From the NCBI RefSeq assembly GCF_032191835.1, contig NC_083243.1, positions 178,994,001 to 179,058,000 of the forward strand: a DNA stretch of 64,000 nt. Direction: 5' to 3'. Positions 24,470 to 37,039 of this stretch are shown here, piece by piece; position 1 is the first letter of the stretch, and the number at the start of each line of letters is the position of its first letter. The DNA comes from Heteronotia binoei. Lineage: Eukaryota. A program made the translations under genes and the position numbers. The notes beneath the pieces were generated by a model that worked only from the letters and a program-made list of their open reading frames with translations, was not told the DNA's origin and did not search any database.

Positions 24470-24712
24470 GGTATAGTAGTTAAGAGCAGCAGACTCTAAC
24501 CTGGACAAGCGGGTTTGATTTCCTACTCCTCCACATGCAGCTTCTGGGTGACCTTGGGCCAGTCACAGTTTCCTCAGAGCTCTTCTCAAAGAGGTCTCTC
24601 AGCCCTACCTACCTCACAGGGTGCCTCTTGTGGGGAGCGGGGGGGAAAGAGATTGTATGCTGCTCTGAGACTCTGAGTGAAGGACAGGGTAAAATCCAAT
24701 CTCTTCTTCTTC
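24470..24712 (+). mobile_element. Squam3/MIR-type SINE (diverged variant)
   Basis: tRNA-like head, CCTACCTCACAGGGTG core, CTT tail. Confidence 0.75.
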
Positions 24713-25216
24713 AAGTTCAAAAGTGTATAGAATGGACCTCCTGCTGCAACTGCACACACCAAATGCACAGGAACCTCACCTTGCTGCCTGCTCCTCTACA
24801 GTCTTTACAAGTTGGAGGCAGATTATGTTTCTGGGGTTCCAGTTAGAGACCCCCCCCCCCAAAAAAAAGGATCTCCCAAATTTATACCCTCTCACCTCTT
24901 CTGAGTGTGTACACTGTGTGCCATGAGGGTGAAAGTGGATGCAAAGGAGGGGGGGGGGGAGAAGTTCATCAGGGGGGGAGAAGTCCCCCACCCCCTGCAT
25001 GCCATGGGCCCTTATTCTGGGCACCAAATCCATCCTTCCAGCCCACTGGAGCAGGACATCAGCAGGGGTCTCAGAGCCTACTTCCTCACATCTATTCTTG
25101 GGACTCACCACAAAGGCAAAAGAGTTTTTAGACTCCAGCAGTTGCGGACACTCTTTAGATGTGTACAAGCTCACACAAGTAAGTTCAACACTGTTATAAT
25201 GCCATACACACTATAT

Positions 25217-25345
25217 CAGGGATGGTCAATGGTAGCTCTCCAGATGTTTTTTTGCTACAACTCCCATCAGTCCCAGCCATGCTGGCTGGGGCTAATGGGA
25301 GTTGTAGGCAAAAAAAATCTGGAGAGCTACTGTTGGCCACCCCTG
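25217..25345. mobile_element. 129-bp palindromic hAT MITE
   Basis: CAGGGATGGTCAA..TTGGCCACCCCTG, internally inverted (ACAACTCCCAT / ATGGGAGTTGT); perfect 8-bp TSD CACTATAT. Confidence 0.9.
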
Positions 25346-25938
25346 CACTATATTAACATGTACAAAATTTACAATGCAAACATTTTACATGCTGTCCAAT
25401 GTACATCCTCAAGCGCACATACTATACATCAGGATTATACAGCAATACGTGAATGTGTTTGTATAGCAGCTAATAATCCTCAATATTGAAGATATACAGA
25501 CACTCTTCAGTTTGTAACTTCCAATATTGAAGACTGCACATGGGTATTAATAATCCACAAATCCAAATGAGATCCTGTGGTACTTCTCATTTTGTGTAGC
25601 ACTTTCTCAGTGGACAATCAATCCTATTTGCAAAGCAAAAACTGGACTTCTAGAGCTGTCGAAAATCATCTCAATTTATTGCATGCATAAATTTGTTTTT
25701 TAGCATTTCTATTGAAACTCCTATGTTGGATCTTTCCCAAAGCCATACTTCATTCAACTCAGAGGACCAACAATAGGTGAAACTCTTCCACCAGCAAACA
25801 TGCATTCATATACAGAGTCAAAGTCCTTTTCATGAATTAAGCCCTAATGTATCTTTAAAAGGTCATTTTAGCAACTTTTAGTCTACACTCCAAAATTCTT
25901 TAAAGGGACACAGCCATATAATCTAGAACCAAAATTTC

Positions 25939-25986
<48 letters not shown>
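25939..25986. repeat. (TAA)n microsatellite
   Basis: About 16 perfect TAA units. Confidence 0.95.
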
Positions 25987-26346
25987 GTTGTTCATTCCAT
26001 ATTAAAACACATTCATAAATTTATAAGCTATCTAAGTGCTGACAATGTGAAGAGAGCCATTTTGGTGTAGTGGTTAAGCATGTGGTTAAGTTCTCTTATC
26101 TGGGAGAACTGGGTGTGATTCCGCACTCCTCCTCTGTTATTGGCAACCAGCAGTACTTGTTAAGCTTTGGAGGGCCCTTATTGGTGTTTCCAAGGCTGGA
26201 GAATTCCACCCATTCCCCTATGAAGTTTGGTAAACATTTTGAGAGTAGACAGTCTGCCTGGAAATGTATCCATTCACAAAATGCCACATAAAGCTTGAAA
26301 GTTCATGGAAAGTTTATGCCAGTTACCCTGCCACAAACTTCACTTT

Positions 26347-26633
26347 GGCCGTTTTCCCACTCACGTTTTACTGGCGCCACGACCATCCTGACGCCGGCGA
26401 ATCTGCCTGGATTTCGCATCAGAAGCTCCGGCGCTCCCAGAAGCGCCGGCTACTTCCGTCGCTAAGCCAGCGCAAACGGAAATCGCAAAGATGCAGGAAA
26501 ACGTTTGCGCTGGCTTAGCGACGGAAAGCGCCGGCGCTTCTGGGAGCGCCGGCGCTTCTGTTGCGAAATCCAGGCAGATTCGCCGGCGTCAGGATGGTCG
26601 TGGCGCCAGTAAAACGTGAGTGGGAAAACGGCC
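26347..26633. mobile_element. Fully palindromic CpG-rich MITE with 3-bp TSD
   Basis: GGCCGTTTTCCCACTCACG... / ...CGTGAGTGGGAAAACGGCC, ~130-bp near-perfect arms; TTT on both flanks. Confidence 0.9.
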
Positions 26634-27074
26634 TTTGTGAACCATGAACCGGCTCAAATTCATCATGAATTGTCATTTTTGAGTTGGTTCATGCCCATCG
26701 TCTCTTCCACTCATCTCTTCTGGCTGGGCTCCCATTTCCCCCTGCTTGCTCCCAACAGTCTCCCAGCAATTGGTATCTGCTGTACATTTTGCATTCCTAA
26801 ATCAGCAACAATTAGCACATGAGACTAGCAACATATTTTCTAATCAATGCACATGCAATAGTGCCTGACAACTTGATCTGTATGGTATCTATAATACCAA
26901 TTTATGCTACAGAAGCTTCAGTTTGTGCTGCGGAAGCTACAGTTAACATGATCCACATTAGTGAAGAGCTCAGAGGAATAAGGGAAATAAGAAAAGGGGG
27001 ATCCCAGCCGGGTACTTAGCTCAGAATAGCATCTGAACCAATATTTTCTTGTTTTTATTCCTGGGTGGGATGCA

Positions 27075-27268
27075 GAATAGTATAGTATAGCCCAAGCACA
27101 TTGGATCTTGGAAGCAAAGCAGGGTAGATACCTGAATAGTGGACCACCAAGGAAGTACTTTGCAGAGGAAGACGATGTCAAACCTCCTCTGCTTAATTAC
27201 TTGCCTTGAAAATGCTATGGGGCCACCATAAATTGGCTGCAATTTGACAGCACTTCACATACACACAT
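27075..27268 (+). mobile_element. Degraded 5S rRNA-derived SINE (SINE3)
   Basis: GATCTTGGAAGCAAAGCAGGGT (5S-like), then CTTGCCTTGAAAA..CACCATAAA body shared with 38052-38238. Confidence 0.6.
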
Positions 27269-28186
27269 GTCTATGTATCATGTCATTTCTAAAAGAATTG
27301 TGTGATTTTGCTTCAGGTGTAAATAGGACCAAACCTGTGGTAGATGAGTTATCTACAAGCCATTTATCATTTCCATGAATGTAATGGGAAGAGGAAAATA
27401 CCTCTGCAGCTCATATTTTACAAGATGGCAAAAGGGAAATCTAGATGTGCATCTTGTACTCCTTCTCTACCACCTACCTGGGCAACTTGCCTCCACGCTC
27501 ATTATGCACTCAGAAAGGCAATGAACTCTGATGCGATGGAAAGTTTGGAATGTCAGTGTGCTTAGAAACAAAGAGATCACTGTAAACAAACATGCCTCCA
27601 GTGCTGCGGGAACAAAATTTACCTTGTCTTGGGTTGGCATTTGCAAATTCTCTTTGGATTTTGGTTGACGGTGCAATTGGCGGAATTTATAAAAGATGAT
27701 GTGTTAAGACTGAAATGCAAAGAATTTTGAGGTCAGTAATTGTGTATACAAGGAAATAGTGTGCCAGTGTGGTTTCTGTCTGCTTTGCTAATGAAACAGC
27801 AAACCACTTTGGGTTTCAATATACATGGGCAGATTAGGATCTTGGTGGCATTGCTTACAACTCCACCAAACAGAGCTGGGACAAATTCTTCTTCTTCTTC
27901 TTTTTTTTTTTTTGTATAAACTTCTCATATTGTGATCCTATTAAGGCTGCAGTTCTAAGCAAGCTTTCTCACAAGTAAATCCCACTACATTCCTTAATCA
28001 ATTTATTTTACTTATTAGGATTCTGCTTAGTATATGGAATGACACCCCCCCCACACATACACACACATCTATTTTCTTCTAAACTAGAAATAAAACAAAT
28101 ATTGTTGGAGGGAAATCATCTTAAATTTCACACTTGCATGGAGAAATCTTTGCCTCAAAATCAGCTTCATAGATTTATATAGAGAA

Positions 28187-28771
28187 ATTTATTTATTTAT
28201 TTATTTAATGAACTTATATCCCGCCCTTCTCACCGAAGTGTCTCAGGGCGGCTCACAACATAATGATTCATACAATTCCATTTAAAACATTTACAGATAC
28301 AATAAAAGCATAGTTCATAAAACAAGATAAAATAAAGCCAGCGGTCTATAAGAGCATTTTGTTCCATCCAAAGATGTTCCATCCAAAGTATCAGTTAGGT
28401 GTTATAGGCCTGCCGGAAGAGGGCTGTCTTGCAGGCCCTGCGGAACTGCCCTAGGTCCCGCAGGGCCCGCACCTCCTCCGGCAGCTGGTTCCACCAGTAA
28501 GGTGCCGCTGTTGAGAAGGCCCGATCCCTGGTGGATTTTAGGCGGGCCTCCTTTGGCCCAGGGACTACCAGCAGATTTTGTGAGCCGGAACGTAGTACTC
28601 TCTGGGGAACGTGTGGGGAGAGACGGTCCCTAAGGTAGGCAGGTCCTAGGCCATACAGGGCTTTAAAGGTAATGACCAACACCTTGTACTGGACTCGGAA
28701 TGTTACTGGCAGCCAGTGCAGATCCCGGAGCCCCGGCCGAATGTGCTCCCATCTTGGGAGCCCTAATAGCA
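28187..28771 (-). mobile_element. L2-clade LINE 3' fragment
   Basis: ORF 28395-28772 very similar to 20187-20654; (TAAA)n tail. Confidence 0.9.
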
Positions 28772-30076
28772 CTCAGGTCAAAGTTAAATGTAGAAATTCA
28801 GTGTTTGAGTTTAAGGAAGCAAATGATATTTAACATTCCAAGCTGAATTTTGCTTTTGGTATGGAATTCAGCAGGGGGTGGGCATTGTTTGTATGTTAGA
28901 GACAGTTGAAAAAGACTGAGGGTGGTCGCATCTTTGGTGGCAAGATCATCAGACAGAAATAATGGCTAATTATGGAACAAAATAGCACTGCTCCAAGTTA
29001 AAAAACTCTTTTAATTTCTCACATGTCCAGTTTGGAAATTCTCATGCAAAAATCAAAAATTCAGAAACTGAAGCGCCACCTTGATTTTAAATTTGTCCTC
29101 AAACATGGCAAATTTCATTTCTCTCATGATACAAGTTTAAAGCCTACGTACAGCCAGGTTGCTTGGCACTGCATTTTCGATCACTTTGTTTTTTTAGCAG
29201 CTCACCTCCATGCTGAATGGTCAGGGGTTTGGCGAAAAGTATCGAATATTTGCAGAGAACCACTGGTAACTTGTGGAGAAATTTAAAATGGCCTCCATAT
29301 GGAGACTTTGGACATGTTAACCTAAACCAGCTCATAGTTATCCCTCCGACTGTCGAAGCGAAAAACGAACTATTTTTCATTCACAAGAACGAGCAGCTTT
29401 TTGCAAACTAGATGTCCCAGTGTGCTGTGCCCATAACTTGAGATAAGGCTGATAATCTAGGAAGAAACATGCTGCAGGATTCTGGCTCAGTCAGAAAGGA
29501 AAAATCAAATAAACTGCCTAAGATAGTTTGATTCTGTAGATGCAGTTCTCCAGATGATCCATCAAAGGATTTGGTGAATGACACTCAGAACAAGAGGAAG
29601 GTGTTTCCACACAATCGTAACACTGGAGATTTCACAAGATCCCAGAGCTGCTGTTACTACACTTCCACATAATCTTTATTACATTCTCAGCTTTACAGAA
29701 CCCATGCTTGGAAAACTCAGCCCATTAGAAAAGAAAAAACATTTTTATGGGGGGGAGGGGAGAGGAGACTCATTTTTATTACATTACAGATTCTACCTAT
29801 ATCACATTCTCTGTCTTCCTGATGACCTAGTGCATTTGCCCTATGATCCTGAATTGCAGAAATTCCATGGCCTAGTCCCACCCACACACCCCATGTCTGA
29901 ATCTGAAAATGTCAGAGGACCTTAGTAAATGCCTCAGTGCATTTTTTCCTTTGATTTGAGGGATCATGGAAGTCACCCTTGGAAAACATTGAGGGGGGGA
30001 AAAAAACCTCCACAGACCCCTGGCAAACACGGCAGTGGAGAAGGTGAACTCAGGATGGGAGATGGGCACTCAGTGC

Positions 30077-30366
30077 TTCCTTTCCCCAGTGCCCTCAGAG
30101 GATGTGGGGGAAGAGAAAATGCCACTTTCGGCTCTGAGGGATCGGGGGGAAACTCCTCCGATCCCTCAGAGCCGAACGGACAGTTGGCCCTTCCCTTCCC
30201 CCACGCTCTCAGAGAATGTGAGAGAAGGGAAAATGCCACTTTAGGCTCTGAGGGATCGGGGGAAGCTCCTCCAATCCCTCAGAGCCAAAAGAACAGTTGA
30301 CCCTTCCCTTCCCCTGCATCCTCGGAGGGCGTGGGGGAAGGAAAAACGGATCCCTCAGAGCCGAAA
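30077..30366. repeat. 114-bp minisatellite (2.5 units) with embedded hairpins
   Basis: AAAATGCCACTTT recurs at 30116 and 30230; perfect 19-bp inverted repeat 30127-30145 / 30158-30176. Confidence 0.85.
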
Positions 30367-30497
30367 GAGTGGCAGAGGCTCAGGGATGGCGTGAACGGGG
30401 AGGCAGTGCCAGCCCCCACCCCTGCCTAGTTTGTTGATTCCCACCTGCTGGGCCTGGATAGGGTCAAAGAGGTTTGTTGCAGGTGGTGGCCACGACC

Positions 30498-30787
30498 TGC
30501 AGTTTGGTGTAGTGGTTAAGTGTGTGGACTCTTATCTGGGAGAACCGGGTTTGATTCCCCACTCCTCCACTTGCACCTGCTGGAATGGCCTTGGGTCAGT
30601 CATAGCTCTGGCAGAGGTTGTCCTTGAAAGGGCAGCTGCTGAGAGAGCCCTTTCAGCCCCACCCACCTCACAGGGTGTCTGTTGTGGGGGAGGAAGGGAA
30701 AGGAGATTGTGAGCCGCTCTGAGACTCTTCGGAGTGGAGGGCGGGATATAAATCCAATATCTTCTTCTTCTTCTTCTTCTTCTTCTT
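30498..30787 (+). mobile_element. Squam3-type SINE
   Basis: Full head, core and (CTT)n tail. Confidence 0.9.
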
Positions 30788-31774
30788 TTGTGAGGCTACA
30801 GTACAGTAGCAGCCCTTTCTGAGGCCAGTTGATGGAGGAGGACACAGAAGAGAGTGGGATATGTATCTCTCTCTGAGATAAGACTGCTTTTGGCAGTTTG
30901 TTCAACATTCTTGGGCCTGAGTTGGTGGGGGGCAGTGGTAGGCGAAAGACTCTGACTGAGCTGTGATCAGGTAATGGTTTCTGGAATGCCTTGCTGTCTT
31001 CCCACCCAAGTGAAAGCATTAATTCCCCCCCCACACACACACACACATAACTCAAGGGGAGGTGACCTGGAGTTGGCAACCCGGCAGCCTCTACATGGGA
31101 AAAGGACAGTCTTTCTTGGGAGGGGGGGGGGAGCCAAGCACCTGGAGGTTGGCAACAATGGTTCCCTGAGAGGAAATGGCTGGTAGCATCAAGCAGCTGA
31201 CACTGTGAGGAAAGCCATTGCAAGCTGGCCCTTCCCTTCCCTTTTGCTCCCTCTGAAGTGGCCCCTCCCTTCTGTGAACAAACATTTCTTGTCAGTTAAA
31301 GAGATGTTAACTGCTACTGTTTGTGTGGATTAAAGGGAGGAAGGCAGACAGACAGAATGAAATAAAAAGACTGACAGAGATACAGAGAAAAAATGAGAGA
31401 AAGAACAGAAGAGGGAGGTAGAAAAAAGAGGGGGAGAAAGGAGTGAAAGAAAAGTGAGAAGAAGGAAGATAGATAGGAGAGGCAATAGTGATCAGTAAGC
31501 CCCCAGCAGAGAACTATCTCCCTCAGACATCAGTGGCCATCTGATGGTGTTCTTGCCTGACAGTGCCATCGGTGGGCAGGCGAGGGCATAGGTCGGGGGA
31601 CAGCACAGTGAGCCAATGTGAGGCCAGAGGGGTTGATGGACATGTAATGAGCCAGTGGCTCCTGGAGTGCAGGCTTAGCCAATGAGGGGCCTGGATTTGG
31701 TTTCAGCAGAGGACTTTTAGGCTTTTATTATAAAGGATAGGGCCAGAGAGTTGACAAAACTACTTCTCCCTCCC

Positions 31775-32163
31775 CCAAAATACTAAAACTCAAGGGCATC
31801 CAATGAAGCTGATGGGCAGCACATTCAGGATGAATGCTTCTTTATATACCAAGTGATTAATATGTGGAATTCACTCCCAGAAGATGTAGGGATGGCCACA
31901 GGCATAGATGGCTTTAAAAGGGGATTAGATAGATTCATGGAGGGCACGTCTATCAGTGATTACTAGCCATGATGCCTTAAAGAAACCTCCACATCCAGAG
32001 GCAGTAAACTTCTGATTACCAGTGCCAGGGGGCAACATTTGGGGACAGTCTTGGCCACTATGACCTAGTGTTGGGTCTCCAGAGTAACTGGTTGGCCACT
32101 GTGTAAGACAAGATGCTGGACAAAACGGGTTTCTGGTTTCATACAGCAGAGCTCTTCTTATGT
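31775..32163 (+). mobile_element. Older CR1 LINE 3' end
   Basis: ACTCAAGGGCATCCAATGAAGCTG..TGTGGAATTCACTCCC..TTGGCCACTGTG..CTTCTTATGTT. Confidence 0.8.
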
Positions 32164-32766
32164 TAGTTTTGGTGAATGCCTGAATGCCCATTCCTATCCA
32201 AATTCTGCCCAACTAACTAGGCATGGCTGGATTATGCCGAGGGAGCATTGGACCAGTTGCCTTAGAAATGGGGATGCATTTCTTTCACTCTGCACAGTTT
32301 CTTCCAAAGCAAAACCCATTGAAAGGTATCCAGCCACTCCCTTTCATCACATTGTTACCTGTGCAGAATAAAACTGACAAAGTTAAAAATACCAGCTTTG
32401 GGGGGGAATATGTAAAAAATCCGTAGGGGGAAACACATTTTTACACAAAACGTCAGAGGTACAACTAGTGTGGTCTACTGATGGGTTATCTGACTCCAAA
32501 AAGTCTGCTGACCTTGGGTGGGTTTCATGCATGAGCCCAGAAATCTGGGTTTAGCATTTAGTCTAGATTGATTAATTGGTAGAGCAATAGTGTGATAATT
32601 AAGGTACTGAAGTTCAAAATGAAAGTTAGAATATAGTATCCTGGTCAATTTTTAGTTATTTAATGTATAGTTGTTATGCTGCCCTAGGTCCAAAAAAAAA
32701 CTAAGACAAAGGATGGAGGAAAGGAGAAAAAGGTCTCCTAATTTGGATGGCCCTGCAAAACACAAT

Positions 32767-33010
32767 GACCGATTTCGCACTAGGCTTGTTCTGGGTGGAG
32801 AGCCCTTCTGCTCCCAGCGTTTTTGCACAGGCTGCAAGTTGGCATGCCACTTTCCTGTGGCAAGCAAGATCCTCTTACAAGCAGTTTCTGCCTGCTGCAG
32901 GAGAGCGGTGCACCAGCTCGCAGCTCCACAGCAACCTGTGCAAAAACAGAGAGAAGAGCTGGGGGCAAAAGGGCTCTCCACCCGGAACAAGCCCTAATGC
33001 GAAATTGGTA
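32767..33010. mobile_element. Palindromic MITE with 3-bp TSD
   Basis: GACCGATTTCGCACTAGGCTTGTTC... / ...GAACAAGCCCTAATGCGAAATTGGTA; AAT on both flanks. Confidence 0.8.
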
Positions 33011-33297
33011 AATGACTTAGTTTCAGTTGTTGTTTTCAGCTATGTTCTAGGGAACTTTGGGGTTCCCCAGATCTTACCAGGGTTTCTCATGAGAGTATCA
33101 TCAGTGGCAGCCAATGTTCCTTGAAAGACAGCTTGTTCACCATTACCAAATGCAAGAGAGTACCTGGCATGTAGCCGTCTGAATTCATGAGTGTTGTTGA
33201 TGATGGGATCCTACAGTAAGACTCAACACACTAGCCAAGAATTTCTAAGTTGGGGACTAATTTAAATAATTTAATTATGAAATAAATCATAATAAAG

Positions 33298-33552
33298 GAG
33301 AAGAAGATTTATATCCCGCTCTCCACTCCAAATCTCAGAGTGGCTCACAATCTCCTTTATCTTCCTCCCTCACAACAGACACCCTGTGAGGTGGGTGGGG
33401 CTGAGAGAGCTCTCACAGAAGCTGCCCTTTCAAGGACAGGTCTGTGACAGCTATGGCTGACTGAAGGCCATTCCACCAGCTGCAAGAGGAGGAGTGGGGA
33501 ATCGAACCCAGTTTTCCCAAATAAGAGTCTACGTACGTAACTACTACACCAA
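33298..33552 (-). mobile_element. Squam3-type SINE
   Basis: Reverse complement of head, core and tail. Confidence 0.85.
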
Positions 33553-35892
33553 ACATATCTCAGGTTCCTCAGCGATGGGTATTCCTTCAATAACGGATGT
33601 TCTGTGGGCTTCTTTGCAACAAATCAACACATGAAGACCTCCCTGAAAGGAGAATGTTTGAAAAGGCATCTTGCCAGCTCAGGGGGGGCAAATATATTGA
33701 AGTACATTGGGGGACCCAGCCCCCAGATGCCTCACTGTAGCCATGACCTGCGACACACCCTTGTGCAAACAAAAAAATGTAGCCTAAAACATCTCAGGTT
33801 CCTCAGCAATGGGCAGCCATTCAATAGGGGACGTTCTATGGGCTTCTTTGCAGGCAAACCAACATATGAAGGATTCTCTGAAAGAAGAATGTATGAAAAA
33901 AACAACAACAACAACACTCTGTATATATGGTAGATGTCCTAGTCCTACTGAGATTCTCAGTTTGTGACCAGGAAGAATGCCTCTGCACTTAGCAGGAAGC
34001 CGCTCAAAAGACCCAGCTTTCCTTTATTATCAGCATGCTGCAGTTATGCACGCTTAAATGCTTTATTAGTTTGTTTTGCTTCCCCACGTTCACACTGGTG
34101 AGTCCATAGAATGGATGGTGTTCAAGACCCGGTTGATATAGGATGGCATCAGGCAAGGAATTTGCTACCATGGCCACACAGCTTTAAAAAAAAAAAAGCC
34201 AATCCTAAAAGAGGTGCACCGTGGCAATCACAAAGCTCCTGGGCTGCTGTTGGCGCCCATGCAGGCAGCATATGCACTGAGAGGAGTGTTCATAATGCTC
34301 CAGCACATAGGCGGTGGGTCCATGGCACACTCTGGCCAATTAGACAGCCAGGAATGCATAACTAAAGCAAGCCACGAACTTTGCCACGGGGAAGTCCCTA
34401 GTGTTTCTTTAATGCAGCAGCAACTCATCTTACAACGGAGTAAGGATGAGCCCACCGCAGGGGACAGATGTGTACGTGTCCATGTCCATGTTAAATCCGG
34501 GGTGGGGGTGGCTATGGCAGATATTGCACTTTTCTTTATTTTTAAGAACAGAAACAGAAGCATGGGCTGAGAATCCCAACACAGTTTCCCAAAGTGGTTT
34601 AGCATGTGTTCTCTCTGAATTACAAGCTCCCAGCAGGCTGCGGAGAAAACGCAGAGAACTTGTAACAACCTACAAATCACTTCAGTTTTCTGAAATGCAA
34701 TTTTCCTATTCTTGCATGGGGGCAGGGAAGGGGTGTGTATCGCTGTGCACTTTTTTCCAGAGGAACTTTTAAAGCTGCTTTCTGATATATTATAAGGAGA
34801 TCTTTCTTAGCTGATACTTATAAAACCTTGAAACACAACATCTGGTAAACACGCCAAAGAAGTTAAGCTTGCAATTGGCAATGGATTTCTCTGAGGTTTC
34901 AGTGCCAGAAAAGATTGTATTCAGAACATAGCATTCCAATTGCAGGAGGAATTCAACAACTCCTGCCCTAGTCCTTGGTAGACAGGTGGTTACCTGGAGA
35001 TCTTCTCAGCTGGATTCCTCTTTGACACTGCCTTGCTTATATTGATACCTCTTTATTCTTTCCCTTCCTAACTTCAGCTCATGTTTACTGACTGTCAAAC
35101 AAAAGTGCCAGGCAGGAAGCAAAAAGAGAGAAAAATAACCAGACTTGGAAAAGAAAGCAGATGCTTCTGGGCTTTTGAATTTTTGCACCAGCTTTGCGGA
35201 ATACTTCTCAAATAGCTGTTGTTTCCTGCTTTTGTTAACTTGCTCACATCACAAGATGGTTCCCGAATGGAATGGGGCTGTAAGCCAGTGAGGAAAAGAC
35301 ATATGCACACAAAAGGGGGATTTCTTTGACTGGCTGTTTATTTTCAGGGAGGGGACTAAAAAGGGAATATACCTGAGGATGGAAAAATGAGCTCCAAACT
35401 CAGTCTTTGTAGCAATGTTGCAACAAGAATGGCTGCCAAATAAAAGGAGACAGGTTGTCACCACCTCAGTAAATTAGCATCTAATCAAGAGAGCGTGGAA
35501 ATAATGAGACATCTCTTGCTGGAAATTAAAATGTTGGTGTTGGTGGCCTGAAGAAAGGAGGAGTGTTATAACAAAAGAAAATGTACCTCGTGCCAGAAAC
35601 TTTGATCAGTATTCTTCTCTAGCCCAGTACCATGACACTGATCCAAACAATAACATCCATTTTGAATCACAGATACCACCTTGAATGTTCTGATGTGGTA
35701 GAAAGGTAGCATGCATTTTTCATATATTTATTTTCTCTCCACAGTTAAGGCACAGCGCATCTCAGCACATCATTTCCTCTTCTTCTGTTCTCTCACAAAA
35801 GCATCCTAGTGAGGCAGGCCGGGCTGAGAGTTTGTGATGGGCCCAAGGTCACTCAGTGACCTTCCATGGTAGAAGTGAGGATTCAAACGCAA

Positions 35893-36250
35893 GTTGCTCA
35901 AGGTTGTCCAAGTTGGGACTCTTTAGCTTGGAGAAACGTCGACTGCGGGGTGACATGATAGAGGTTTACAAGATAATGCATGGGATGGAGAAAGCAGAGA
36001 AAGAGGTACTTTTCTCCCTTTCTCACAATGCTAGAACTCGTGGGCATTCGATGAAATTGCTGAGCAGACAGGTTAAAACGGATAAAAGGAAGTCCTTCTT
36101 CACCCAAAGGGTGATTAACATGTGGAATTCACTGCCACAGGAGGTGGTGGCGGCCACAAGAATGGCCACCTTCAAGAGGGGTTTAGATAAAAATATGGGG
36201 CAGAGGTCCATCAGTGGCTATTAGCCACAGTGTGTGTGTGTGTGTGTGTG
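35893..36250 (+). mobile_element. CR1 LINE 3' fragment
   Basis: LGLFSLEKRRLRGDMIEVYKIMHG..FTQRVINMWNSLP, followed by (TG)n. Confidence 0.9.
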
Positions 36251-36269
36251 TGTATACACCAAAACCTAC

Positions 36270-36665
36270 TACGAATCCCTGGACCAAGAGAGGCCAGATT
36301 GAAAGCAACAAGGGAGCAGGCCTTATCCCCAATGGCTCCCAAAGGGTGGAACCAACTACCAGAGGAGGTGCAAGCCCTGCAAGACCTAAATCAATTCCGC
36401 AGGGCTTGCAAAACCACCGTCTGTCAACTCGCATTTCAGATGGCACCCGGAGATGACACCTAGCCATCCTATACACATTCTGAACTGTGGCACTTTAATT
36501 TATACTTGATAAAATTTTAATTGTTATTTAACTTAATCTGAATTGTATTTAACTATTTTAATTTTTTTTAATGTATTGATGGATTTTAGTGTAATCATGG
36601 TGTAAACCATGTCATGTGTGAGCCGCCCTGAGCCCGCTTCAGCGGGGGAGGGCGGGATATAAGAA
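36270..36665 (+). mobile_element. L2 3' fragment inserted in the CR1 3' UTR microsatellite
   Basis: PGPREARLKATREQA..WNQLPEEVQALQDL; GTGAGCCGCCCTGAGCCC terminus; the CR1 UTR resumes at ~36690. Confidence 0.8.
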
Positions 36666-36706
36666 AAAATTTATAGATATAGATATATAATTTTTTTGGC
36701 CACTGT

Positions 36707-37039
36707 GTGACACAGAGTGTTGGACTGGATGGACCATTGGCCTGATCCAACATGGCTTCTCTTATGTTCTTATGTGACGCAGAGTGTTGGACTGGATGGG
36801 CCACTGGCCTGATCCAACATGGCTTCTCTTATGTTCTTATGTGACGCAGAGTGTTGGACTTGATGGGCCACTGGCCTGATCCAACATGGCTTCTCTTATG
36901 TTCTTCTGTGACACAGAGTGTTGGACTGGAGGGGCCACTGGCCTGATCCAACAGGGCTTCTCTTATGTTCTTATGTGACACAGAGTGTTGGACTGGATGG
37001 ACCATTGGCCTGATCCAACATGGCTTCTCTTATGTTCTT
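36707..37039 (+). repeat. Five tandem 67-bp copies of the CR1 3'-terminal unit
   Basis: GTGACACAGAGTGTTGGACTGGATGG..CTTCTCTTATGTTCTTAT starting at 36707, 36774, 36841, 36908 and 36975. Confidence 0.95.

Noticed and set aside
27623-27709. Minus-strand exon-like segment LNTSSFINSANCTVNQNPKRICKCQPKT resembling a TNFR cysteine repeat
   Set aside because: The cysteine spacing does not fit well, it needs an unusual phase 2-2, and no companion exons were found.
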